From Bilabrum cf. latius (Eukaryota): a stretch of 64,000 bases of DNA. The notes beneath the pieces were generated by a model. That model was not told where the DNA came from and searched no databases. It worked only from the letters and a program-made list of their open reading frames with translations. How positions within the stretch are numbered: position 1 is the stretch's first letter; every line of letters begins with the position of its first letter. Positions 49,001-59,396 of the stretch are shown here, piece after piece. A program made the translations under genes and the position numbers. The stretch spans positions 372,001 through 436,000 of the forward strand of contig OZ237751.1 of NCBI GenBank assembly GCA_965178125.1, read 5' to 3'.

Positions 49001-50383
49001 GATCTGCGAGCCAAACCCAAGGACCAGCTCTTCGCCCCACGCAGGGAAAGTAAGCGAAGCCTTCCAGCTGTCACTACCGCTATCGTCGTGGCTAGCGTCG
49101 TAGTCGAGGGATACTGCCGGGGGCAAGAATTGGCTCGTCGCATGGCCGCTCACTCTCGGTCCTTCGATCACGGCGTAGGAAGCAATCACAAAGTCGGACG
49201 ACTGCTTCTGCCCGTTGACTGATCGTTTGTTCCAACGCTCTGCAATGGTAGTGAGAATAATTGCCCCTTGACCATCGAGCAGGCCGGGCGCTCCGACGGC
49301 AAGGACAAACGGCTATGCGCAGTCCACGTGATCGCTCCAAGTGGCCGCCACCAGGTGGCTGCATCGGGCTCGGGTCGTGTCTCTCGCTCCGCTTTGCATG
49401 TAGTCTGCATCCACTAACGCAACTGCTACACCGATGGCTGCCCCATCTTGCGTCAGGGTGGATGGAAACCCGCCAGCCCGACCGTCCATTCCTGACACCA
49501 GACGCGTAGCACCGGTTTGCAGCCAGTCTTGGGGGTAATACGAACCCCGGGTTCCATTGAATAATACACGTGCGATAACCAACCCCCCCGACCCGTACCC
49601 GCGGCCTCTTGGCGTCTCGGGGGAGCTTTGCAGACCACCGACACCCGCAGCTCCCGCGCCTGGAATCCCGGCAGCGAGGATCAACGCGCGGCTCTCACTC
49701 CCGTGAATGCGTGATAGCTGCTTACTGTAGCTACCCAGTGTAGTAATCGAAGAACCAAATCGATCGCCCGTTCGAAGCGCCCCTTGAAGCGCGATAGACC
49801 CGAGCATCGCTACTGGTGCAATGGACCCAGATTGAAAAGCCGGATGCCTTAATGTTGCCACTACAATGCCTCCTGGCCTGCTCGCCGCAAGCGACTGCCT
49901 ATTGGTGCTGATACCAAACTGATCCAGGCTGGGGAGCTCTGGGAGTCCAAGCAACACGGTCCGAGAGCAGCTTTCGAGCTCTTCGCCACAGGATTGTCCA
50001 CCCTACTCTTGGTATGCGCAAATTCCCCGGTCCTTGTCACTTAAGCCACCGCATTCAAAAAGATTATCGTTCACTAAATGTGTGAAGCCAATGGGATTCC
50101 TGTTGGCGTGCTAATAGGCCCGGGCATGGCTGCACACCGACGACAGTTCTTGGACACCCCGAGGGCCAGATGCGGCCTCTTGGTCCATAAAGGCACGGGT
50201 TGACTCGTTGCTGCATACTTGCACTAGTAAATCAATAGAATGAAGCCCAAGTCCAAAAGAGCGCGAGTCTTGGCGCGTTTGTAGGCTTGACTGGCCAGCT
50301 AGAGCACAACCGCAGCCAACTGCGAGCAGTGCCAGACGTATTGCTTTCGCAGCGAGCGCAAGCTTGGGAATCGAAATTATCAT
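10091..50383 (-). CDS. Giant, apparently intronless cell-surface/adhesion receptor-like protein, about 13,430 aa (signal peptide, lectin/propeller/IPT ectodomain, multi-TM domain, cytosolic tail)
   Basis: 67 track ORFs from 50111-50407 down to 10091-10417 all lie in one frame (low coordinate = 2 mod 3). 66 end in TAG and the last in TAA. The gaps I read by eye contained only TAG. First ATG after the upstream TGA (50450) is at 50383, followed by a signal-like MIISIPKLALAAKAIRLALLAVGCGCALA. Confidence 0.88.
11609..15815 (-). other. Multi-pass membrane region (about 9 TM helices) of the giant protein
   Basis: Hydrophobic segments with motifs typical of protist Cys-rich/multi-TM surface proteins: KIMFTHIQ, LRMLSC, LYNGLTDDHKYWEAVNLMRK, LQAWNSPY, LLNRLELL. 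Preceded by CVEGHQGIIC*KC*PGYF and CLPCPTGAICGG. Confidence 0.75.
17450..21300 (-). other. Array of about 7-8 IPT/TIG (Ig-like) domains within the giant protein
   Basis: Recurrent P-x-[IV]-x-S-[IV]-x-P...I-x-G-x-x-FG...[IV]GGxxC, e.g. VTSITPTEAGPDEEITIRGEGFG...VGGVPC, LKGQYFG...IGGLQC, LRGRSFP...IGGVQC. Confidence 0.7.
19145..19800 (-). repeat. Ser/Thr/Pro mucin-like linker with N-glycosylation-rich segment (in giant protein)
   Basis: PSVSPSRSPTPPVTPSVSPSGSPTPSVTPSLSPSPS, with a near-duplicated 42-nt unit around 19180-19270, and many NxS/T sites. A second S/T/P tract lies at about 22750-22870. Confidence 0.85.
34125..34430 (-). other. SUEL-type (galactose/rhamnose-binding) lectin domain in the giant protein
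   Basis: LRCPVGETI*SVSFAYFGTATGSC...CDAPGVRSIVETACVGKQEC...DPCIGVVKQFAVSVVC. The TAG at 34370 lies inside the domain. Confidence 0.75.
37120..37330 (-). other. PAN/Apple-like domain in the giant protein
   Basis: SCDENCRDNPDCYAYYW...GTCYEL, a CxxxC...C...C pattern. Confidence 0.6.
41100..44420 (-). other. C-type lectin-like domains in the giant protein (about 43990-44420, 41690-42100, 41100-41580; weaker copies near 38200, 35500, 35000-35400, 31900-32300)
   Basis: CPTGWYGG...HCYKVGPNKLSFGQAEEAC...G*NFWAWIGAG...WPC...VCE; WHGAHD...WEW...NNWVQGHP...NCG...WISTRCNDQRRYVCEKP; CPEGW...SCY...EADHSC. Confidence 0.75.
44770..45200 (-). other. FG-GAP/integrin-alpha-propeller-like repeats in the giant protein (others near 49650-49800, 40100-40650, 37400-37600, 36700-36850, 27300-28130)
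   Basis: Repeated RFG[AS]S...(L/V)AVGAPG motifs, e.g. SRFGASMAV...LAVGAPGAYHGIGAVVVV, IVLAGAPGA, LLAVGAPGAFEGQG, LIVGAPRA. Confidence 0.65.
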
Positions 50384-50716
50384 TGTTTCCTCGATGAGGC
50401 AATTCAAGTGCTTCGGTACGCTGCCTTTTGCAAAGCTTCGTTGCAGCGATCAGATTCTATGGCTGCCCAATGAACGGTGCAGACCACAAGCCCGGCCGCA
50501 GTGCACGCGCTGACGGCACCACTGGCAGTACTACCCGGACCGACCGCAATGACGCGCAGTGCACCCAACTACTGCTAGTTCACGCACAATGGGATGACTT
50601 GGCTAACGCAAAGAATAAATAAAAACTTATTCGTTGCTGCGCACGCCTGAGTGTGAACTTCGTTCTGTCCATACTTCCGATAGAAGTGCAGCGCTAGACC
50701 ACACCAGGTTCAATCA

Positions 50717-52282
50717 TCAATCCCCAGATGAGTTGCCGGCCGATCGCTTTCGTCGTGACTTTTCCAACGAGCCCCGCGCTTCAAGGGCCCCACGCCTGCT
50801 AGCCTGCGGCGATGTCAGCATGCTCTCGGCCGCCGCTCCCGTGAGCTCATTTTCTTGCTCCCGCGTTGGCGCCTCCCTTCTGTTTCGGAGCACTGCCAGC
50901 TTGCCCGACACATTTAGCTTCTAAATTTCAGACCGAGGCACACACTTGGCCTCTACTTCTGACCCGCCGCTGCCTGATCCAGATCCAGCGGCACGTGCCC
51001 CTTGCTGTCTCCCCGCCACCTCTTCCGACTACCCCGCACCCGGCCCGGCTGCAGACCGCTTCACCTCCCGACCAAACATCTGCCTGAGCGTGGGCAGGTG
51101 AACGTAAAAGTACGGGTGCCTGGCGAACCACCTCTCGGCTGCCTGCACCTTGGGCGCGCCTGCCCCCCTGATCACGCGGCCCTAGATCGGGTCCCAGACC
51201 GGGAGTCTCCGGTGCGGGGGCCAGGCCGCGACGTCCACGCCGCTGGCCAGGAGGTGCTCCCTAGCTTCCTGCAGCCGTACCCCTCTCTCATCCTTGGGCA
51301 CCTGCGACCACAGCAGGCTGGCCACGAGGCCGATCTTGCTCGTCTTGGGCGTCTTGCGACCATCTTGTGCAGGACCGGTTGCAACCCCGGAAGAAGCCGC
51401 CAGTCGCCCGGTTCCGGACGGTGGCGCGGAAGCGCCGTCCGAGATGGCAGAGGATGTACTCTACGAAGCCGCTGCGGACCCCGTGTCCGCTCGTGCTCCT
51501 GTCCTTGCCCGTTTTGGGTTCCGCTGTCGGCGGTCTACTGTTGAGCCGTTCCGCTTGCCCCTACCGTTGGCTGGGCCAGGGGCTTGGTGCGAAGGCTCGC
51601 TGTCCGATTGGTGCAGTGATGCATCATCACTGTGCGTTGGATGCCACGATAACTCCTTCAGTGACACATGAGATTCTTTCGGTGCCCATGGGCCACTCCC
51701 ACTCCGGCCAGAGCGTTTACTCGAAGTTGCGCGATGCTCATTGCCAGCAGCAGCGGTGGAGATGCGTACGGCCGACACTGTGCTGTGCAAGGCTTTGCTG
51801 CGTTCTTCCCGCTTCCGCTTCCTGCCGATTTCAAGAATGCTGCCTCCACCACTGGCAGTCCCCGGGTTGTGCCCAGCAGGGAGGGTCGGAGGGACTGCTG
51901 CAGAAGGGCGCGGCTCTCGATGCTCTTCTGCATCGCCGCCGGCCACAACGCCTCGATAATTAAACCCATGTTGCTCCATGCCTCGGGGCAACAGCCGCAC
52001 CTGGGGGTTCTCCATGACACGAACTCGCTTGCGGCTGGATGTTCCAGACCCAGAAGCGGGATCCACACCCAGTTCCAGACGGCCCTACATTGCATTCAAA
52101 TTCAATGTTCCCCATACTGAATCTAGCGGCAGACCCGATCTGGCCAGTCTTTGTCGTACAGCATCTACAATCCTTGATTTCGTTTCATTCTCTTGGATAG
52201 AGGTCAACACTCCACGGCAGTCATCAATCAGCCGGCTGCGCTCGCCCTGCAGTTCCAGTAAACGAGTATAAGTTACATCCAT
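50717..52282 (-). CDS. Low-complexity nuclear-type protein with one BRK-like domain, about 521 aa (alternative ATG 52366); several in-frame TAG; ends TGA
   Basis: ORFs 52085-52366, 51461-52066 and 50717-50911 are co-framed. RRLPVWDPI*GRVIRGAGAPKVQAAERWFARHPYFYV (about 51100-51215) matches the BRK pattern RVPV...G..(L/I).G..AP....WL..P.Y.V. Basic NLS-like RKRKRE. Confidence 0.65.
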
Positions 52283-52404
52283 GCGAGCAAAGCTCAGCCT
52301 GAGACGCCAGAAGTCGACTAGCCACTGGACGATACCGCGCGGTGTGATGAGCCACAGCCCGATCATTTTTTAGCGCCATCACAGCCAAGAATTTGTCGAA
52401 ATAC

Positions 52405-53631
52405 ATGCTACGCAGCATGAGGGCCGTCAGAAAATGCAATAAACTGTTTGGTTGCGCGCACAGATGCTTGCAAAGCTCTCGGTCGCTGTCGATTTCAGCG
52501 TCAACCTGCAGCGACATTCTGTCAGCTGAAGAAGCCGCGCACTACATTGGCTCCTCGAGCGCGATTCCAATTGACCTGGGTCATCCTGCTGCAATCGCAA
52601 GATTGGTGAGTACATGGGCGCTTGGCTTTGCGTATTAGCTCGCGGTCCTCCAGTTTCCACTGTCGATCCTTCGCGATCGTAGCCGCCAGGTTACAAGCAG
52701 CTCCCGTCGCTTTTTCGAACCGAGCGATGATTGCAACTTCCGAGGTTTAAGCATTGCAGAGCTTTAAAGGCGCTCGAGCCTCTCCTCTTCCGGGGACCGT
52801 GAAGGGTGGCGACGGGCTCGTGCTGCCGCTGGAGCAGGTGTCTGGTGTGAGCAAATCAACATCCATTTACCGCAAGCTTGAATCGGGAGGCTGTGAATAG
52901 GTATGCTTTATATGATCCAAGAAACCGTCTCGCAGGCGCTCGTGGAAGCTGGTATCGCAAAAGGCAACGACCTGCTACTGCTGGATGACGGGCAAGGAGT
53001 GGCAGCCGCAAGGCTCTGGTGGGTACTCAGGTATTACGGATTTAAAGGTCAGGTCAAGGTGCTGAATGGGGGCACGCCATCATTGATCCAAGCCATTCAG
53101 AGCGGAAACGAAGCGGTTCTAGCTGCCGTGGGGCCTGGAGCCGTGGTTCCCGACGACGACGCTCGCACAGCCGCAACGCAGAATCCCGCACCGCTGTCGG
53201 CGACTGACGAGTGGCTTTACTCCCCCGAGGACGCATCAGCGAGCATCGGCATGGCAGGTGGCCCCAGCGGCCGCTCCCCGGACGAGAAGGTGCTCCTGCT
53301 GGACGTGCGTACGGAGGGCGAATGGACTGGAGACGACGAGAGGGGGAACCCGGTGACGGGGCGGCTGCCCGGCGCCGTGCACCTGCCGCACGCGAAGCTA
53401 TTAAAGGAAGGTTCGCGGGAGTTCCTCACGGGAGACGCGGCGCGGTCAGTGCTCCAGGAGAGCGGCGTGCCCTCACCCGACTCGGAAGGCCTGGTGGTGG
53501 CGCCTTACTGCCAGTCAGGTGTCAGGGCCTCGCTGGCTGCTCTGGTGGCGCACTCGGCGGGGTACAAGGTGCGGAACTACGACGGTTCTTTCGGGTATCA
53601 CGCGAAGCACGGGCTTGCGGTGGAGGAGTGA
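52405..53631 (+). CDS. Two-domain sulfurtransferase (rhodanese / 3-mercaptopyruvate sulfurtransferase-like), about 327 aa, probable mitochondrial presequence; exons 52405-52605, 52760-52846, 52936-53631
   Basis: AARLWWVLRYYG, VKVLNGG, LLDVRTEGEWTG, GRLPGAVHLP, active-site YCQSGVRAS, YDGS. Predicted introns 52606-52759 and 52847-52935 (GTGAG...GCAG) preserve the frame. The 5' exon structure is less certain than the 3' exon. Confidence 0.8.
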
Positions 53632-54059
53632 GGAGCTTGGCTGGTGTGTTTGGAAGCAAGCGACGCCGCTGTGAGGTTTTGTCTCGATTGCGCGAGCTGA
53701 GCAGCACGGTGGATCGGATGCCTTGGATCCGAGAGGTTCCCTATGGCCACATACATATTGTGGTGCATGGTTGGGCAGCTCGCTAGCTTGCTTTAGCTTA
53801 GCATCGATCCAATACTTCTGGCATGTGCGCGTCACCGCGGTGAGACAGTCTCGTCCATCCTTTAAAGAAGAAGAATCGCAGATACGAAAGTTTCATGTTC
53901 CGAAGGCCGACTCTGCACCTCGGCTGCGACTGCGAGCCTTCCACGCCCTGCTGCTGCGACTGCCACACTTGAGGTTGCGACCATTAAAACCGCAAACCTC
54001 CAAGCCGCGTGACGCGGCGGTACCAACCTCACCTTCATTTATACCCCATTGAAATAAAC

Positions 54060-55003
54060 ATGTCAGCCCCACGAGCCGGCAACAAGTACGATGTTGTTCC
54101 AGCCGACTACCCCAGGATGTCTGACAATCGGTTTGACATTACGCCAGGCGAGCGTGTGATCGTGAAGATGGTGAGTGTATCGCAACAGATGTGCGCTGCA
54201 CGATTCCAGCCCAGGTTTCTCTAATATGCTATGTATTGGACACTTTTGCTTGATACCAGCTGCCCCCACGCTGTCCTGCGCGTCTTTTGAGCTCGTGCTG
54301 GCCCACGCGTAGCAACCTGTCTGCAGGGTCCCGTGGGGTCCATCTAGTGGCACATGTGATTGAACCAGCGGGGACTGCGTGTACTGCCTCGATTGTGACA
54401 CACTGGATCCATGGATGTGCATGAACAAGTTGCTTTTTTCTGCTTGAATCGCAGGACAACTGCGGCTGCTGCCCGTGCGGATTTTGCGGTATGCCCGGTG
54501 GCGGCATCGCCAAGGAGGAGCGCAACAGCGTGCCTGCTCCCCTGGCTGAAAAAGGTGTCACCCTGGAGCAGTGGCAGCGCTGGCAGGCGGACTTCGACGA
54601 GAACGTGGATCCGCGCATGAAATGTTCCGCCTGTGAATGCCTTTGCTTGGCGTCGATCGTCGGGGCTATAGCTTTCGGCATCTTGTCCCTCTGCGGATGC
54701 TGGGGGGACGAGTTCCAAGTCGCGGCACGCGAGTGGCAGGACCGCATTAACAAGGAGCTGAATCCTCCGATGTTCGCCAAGACGCAAGTCATCCTCATGG
54801 AGTTGCAGACAAGCCTTTTCTCGCGGTACCCCTTCCGTTTCCCGTGGCTATCGATCGCGATGACTGAGAGAGAGGCAGAGAAGCTTCGCAAAGAGCCCCA
54901 CTACTACTATACGACGGATGTTGAGCAGTACTGCTGCTGTGGCAATGGTGGTTGCAAGGGTGAGCCCATTTGCGGATGCGACATGAGTGACATCGTGATG
55001 TGA
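54060..55003 (+). CDS. Cys-rich ERF4/GOLGA7-like protein, paralog A, about 219 aa; intron 54171-54454
   Basis: Near-identical to the 56138-57082 copy. PAPLAEKGVTLEQWQRW...hydrophobic Cys cluster...WQDRINKELN resembles the ERF4 family (tentative). GTGAG...CGCAG intron; ends TGA. Confidence 0.65.
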
Positions 55004-56137
55004 CAGTTGCGGCAGCCACTACCGGCCATTTCGGCGTGGTAGGCAGTCGTGCAAAGCCCCCACAGCGAAGACCAAGGGAGTGATAAAAGATAGCAGGCTG
55101 GGTGCAAAGTTGGAACTCTAGTTTTGGTTGAAAAGAGCGGCAGGCCACCATGTGCTGATATAGATCTTCTTCTTTACACTTCGCCAGCAAGGGTGTTTTT
55201 GCGCAGGATCATCACCAACAACTCTACGACAACTTTACATTCCTGTATGTCAGCGATTGCATGGTCACTATGCTGTTAAGTACGTGGTCCGCCCATGGCT
55301 CCAACTGCGAGCTGTTGAAATCATGAGCCTGCACCTCGAGCGGGTCCTGGCAGTGCGACCACCGCGCGACCTCCTTCTCAGAGACCTTGATGGCCTCACC
55401 AACTGTGTGCCCCGAGCGCATTCTGCACAAAATAGGCCTTCCAACAACAACTTAAATAGGAAAATGATCCTGCACTATTCATTCAGGACATACCACTTCA
55501 TTGCTCACCCGAAGGTGGGAGGGACAAGTCGAAACCAGCGCCACCTCTGATTCCCGCCGGTGTTCGTCTCAACTTGTTCCCCTTGTCGATCATGTCCCGC
55601 ACCACATTAAATCCTTCCAGTGGTACGAGAATGCTTTGGTTGGCACAAATCAATGCCTGAGCAACCATCATGACCTGCCGCTCCTGCGGCCAGTTGTAGA
55701 CTCATTGCAACTTGTGTGCCGCCGGCAAGCAGATGCAGCTGCCGTTGGACCTGGAGTGCGAGTTCATTATGCCGCGACTCGCGCAGCCGATGCGAAGCAT
55801 CTCGCGTCGCGGCTGGCAGGTTACAGTTATGTATTCTCTGCGTAGGACCGGCACCAGCTGCCGCTGCCAGTCGCGGGTACGAAACGGTGCTTCCTTTGTT
55901 CGCCTGGCAGATTGCCACCCGTGCAGTGAACGCATTGTTCCTGTGAAGATATGCGAGATTTCCTTCCTCATTGAACTCAATCATATATATTCAATCGGAT
56001 TTTGCGACCACACCTCAGAATGAAAAATGAAGACAAAAACAATTGCGGGTACCACGGTTCCGGGTTTACCACCTAGTTCGCCGCGTTGAGCGGCGTTGTC
56101 TCGACGCAGCAGTTCATGTCTCACTTCTTAGCTCACG

Positions 56138-57082
56138 ATGTCAGCACCACGAGCCGGCAGCAAGTACGATGCTATTCCAGCCGACTATCCCAGGATGTCT
56201 CCCAGTGATACACGGTTCGACATTACGCCAGGCGAGCGTGTGGTCGTGAAGATGGACTCGGGCGAGGTGAGAACATGTTGGATGGCGCGCAACTCTACTA
56301 GCACAGTAACAGCCCTAACCCCGCTCATGGGGTCGCATGAGATGCATACTTGCCCGTGCATGGCATGCAAAGCCGTATATACACTGGTGCATTCAACCAG
56401 CTGCAAGTATCTAGTCCGTTGGGGTGTACCGGTCGCAGCATCGCGTCGACCGGCTCATCCGGGGAATGTGCCCCCATTGTGCCTTTGTCGTACGTACAAC
56501 AATGACTGAGTGTACCTTCTCTTGTTGCAGGACAACTGCGGCTGCTGCCCGTGCGGATTTTGCGGTATGCCCGGTGGCGGCATCGCCAAGGAGGAGCGCA
56601 ACAGTGTGCCCGCCCCCCTGGCTGTAAAAGGCGTCACTCTGGAGCAGTGGCAGCGCTGGCAGGCGGACTTCGACGAGAACGTGGATCCGCACATGAAATG
56701 GTCTTACTGCGGGTGTCTCCTCGCCATGACAATGATCGGCTACCTGCTGTACATCATGTCGATCGGGTGCTGCCCGAGCAAGTTCCAAGCCGCAGCACGC
56801 GAGTGGCAGGACCGCATCAACAAGGAGCTGAATCCTCCGATGTTCGCCAAGACGCAAGTCATCCTCATGGAGTGGCAGACAAGCCTGAATACGCGGGAGG
56901 TCTACCGCTACCCCTGGATTTCCTTCGCGCTGACTGAGAGAGAGGCAGAGAAGCTTCGCAAAGAACCTCGCTACTACTACACGACGGATGTTGATCAGTA
57001 CTGCTGCTGCTGCTTTCGCGACAGCGTCTGTGGTGACGGCGACCCCTGCTTTCCCTCCGCCCTGGAGGACATTGTGGTATGA
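56138..57082 (+). CDS. Cys-rich ERF4/GOLGA7-like protein, paralog B, about 226 aa; intron 56267-56530
   Basis: Same N-terminus (MSAPRAGSKYD) and exon 2 (DNCGCCPCGFCGMPGGG) as paralog A. GTGAG...TGCAG intron; ends TGA. Confidence 0.65.
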
Positions 57083-57421
57083 GTCACCTCGCCCGGCAGT
57101 GGCTTGGCCTTGCCTTGCCTGACAGTGACCTGGGCTGTAGACGAGGTCACTCAGCCTGGCCACGGACCGCTCGGCCTGACAGGCTTGGCGTTCAGTCTCG
57201 TACAGCTCTTGCGTCCAGAGGGCAGAGACGCAACGCCAGGCATTTGAAATGGTTGAAAGGGCCGGCAGGCCAGGTGCGTGCTGACCTCACATGATGTGTT
57301 TCGATCAATCCATCTGGTGGATGTGTTTGATTCAATCAGTATTGATCATCATCATAATATTTTGGTTCTGCGCATTAATATTTGTCCGTTGATTTGCCTG
57401 GCCCTCACTGCTACGCCAACA

Positions 57422-59146
57422 TCAATCCACGTAGTCGTTCCTCCGGACGGGAGGCACCTCGTAAAATCCTTCGTCTGCGTCATCACCTGCATCATCATGA
57501 CCCGGACCAGCCTCGTCCTCGCTAGCACTGCTACGATCACTCCCCGGATCAACATCGTGATCGGAGCCCACGCTGCGATCGGGCGAGCCGCCCCTGCTGC
57601 GGCCCAGCGGAGATTCCCTGGTCGACGGCGCCATCGTGCGATGCACCTAGACGGACGGCGAACCATCATCAGCGATATCTCCGGCACGTGCAACACCCGC
57701 GCTCACGCGAGGGGCAGCGGCGCCAGCCTGCATCGCCCCGTCCACGAGCTCGATCCCGTCCTCGCTGGAGAGCCTAGAGTCGAGACTGTCCGCATCGCCC
57801 AGCACCATGACACCGGCGCCCGACGTCCCCAGCCCCCCTCCGTAGCTCGCATCTAGCACGCCGCTGCCGCCCCGTGATCTGTGCTGCAGGCTAGCCGCGC
57901 CGTTCCGAGCAACGCGATCTTCGAATTGCCCGGCATCGCCATCGCTGCCAACGGACAGTATCTCAAGATCGAGAGATTCTCCCCGGTTCACGAGCGCCTC
58001 CTCGTCCTCCTCCTCTTCCAGCGCCTGCTGATTCGCCGCTGCCTGTGAGATCGAGCTGAACTTTCCCCTTCGCCCGTCGCTCTCAGCTGCCACCCCCTTG
58101 CCCCCTTTCTCCACCTCCGCCGCGGCGCCGTCGCCGTCGCCCTGTACCTCATGCTAGACCCCGCTGCCGTCTCCATCTCCGCCGTCTTCGCTCTTCTTTC
58201 TCGTTCGGTTCCAGGCAACCAGCGCCGTGCAGCTCATGATAAGCGTGGCACCAAGCAGGCTCCACCAGCTAAAGTGTTCTCCCAGGATGGTCGCCTGGAA
58301 GATGAAGGCCAGTGCGACGTCGAGGTTCCGCATGGTGGCCCCCACAGCGGCCTCCACCAGCTGAAAGCCGCGGTTGAGCATCAGCTGGCCTGCGAATCCC
58401 ATCGTGCCTACCAGGACTAGCAGGACGTACGGCCACGTCTATGGCGGCAGCTGCACACCCTCCACCGCGCCGGCCATGACCGTGGCGCACACGCCTCCGA
58501 ACAGTCCCATGTAGAGCGTGGGCACGGGGGCGGGCTCCTTGGGCTTGAGCATCCTCAGCGAGATGAAGGACGAGGCGGCAAAGAGGGCTCCCAGGCCGTT
58601 GATCACGAGGTTCCAGCTGCGGCCGAAGTCCAGTCCGGCGCGGCCGAACGCGCCGCCGCTCGGCTCGTGCTTGGAGGCTGCCTCGCCAAACAGGCCAGGG
58701 GGCCGCGCGATGCAGAGGATTCCTGCGAACGAAGCGATCAAGCTGATCGCCTCCACCCAGCCAAAACTCTCGCCCAAGAGCAGCCATGCCAATCCTGCAG
58801 TCAATACGGGGTTCGTAAACATGATTGCAGTCGCTTCGCCGAGCGGCAGGTGGCCAAGGCTGAAATAGTACGCTGTCATCCCGAGGAACCCAAACACTCC
58901 CCGGGACACCAAAGGCCATCGGTTGTCCGGGTGCCCAAACCAACCATTCTTTGGGCCCGTGTATTGCATCCAGGCGCACGCAAACAAAGACTGGATGATG
59001 AATCGCGTCGCTGCGATCGTGAACGTGCCGAAGGAGTTTGATAGCATGTGCACCAGCAGAGACATCACCGAGAAGGCTGCTGCTGATCCTAGCACAAGCA
59101 CAATTCCTAATCCATATGGTGGTAGGGAATCGAGGCAACCCATCAT
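57422..59146 (-). CDS. EamA/DMT-superfamily (SLC35G-like) membrane transporter with long acidic C-terminal tail, about 574 aa; TAG at 58439, 58154, 57647; ends TGA
   Basis: RGVFGFLGMTAYYFSLGHLPLGEATAIMFTNPVLT...LLGE. The second EamA repeat (GFAGQLMLNRGFQ...LGEHFSWWSLLGATLI) continues across the TAG at 58439. The start is uncertain. Confidence 0.82.
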
Positions 59147-59396
59147 CGGATTCTTTGATGCTGCTGACAAGATTCGGCAAGGAATACTGGGCCGTCAAGT
59201 ACTGCTGCAGCTGCTCAACTGCTCTCGGATTCCAAGTCCTCTCGCTGCCAAATACAAACTTAAGTTGAGTTGATATGAAGACCTGCTTTTCTTGTCGTTG
59301 GGCACTGTTTTCGCTACGTCACTTCATTGCCAAAACCATTCGCTACTTCGACAGTTGCAGTTTGGCCCAATTGTGCACTCTCTACTGTAGGAATGA

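Noticed and set aside
10070-50000. Numerous plus-strand ORFs of 60-300 aa opposite the giant gene (e.g. 10794-11633, 46221-47141)
   Set aside because: Antisense shadows typical of GC-rich coding DNA, with no recognisable motifs.
10091-50383. TAGs as 3' acceptors of many tiny frame-preserving introns
   Set aside because: There are no consistent GT donors upstream. Real introns here are about 90-280 nt and end in GCAG. Domains such as SUEL and CTL read continuously through the TAG.
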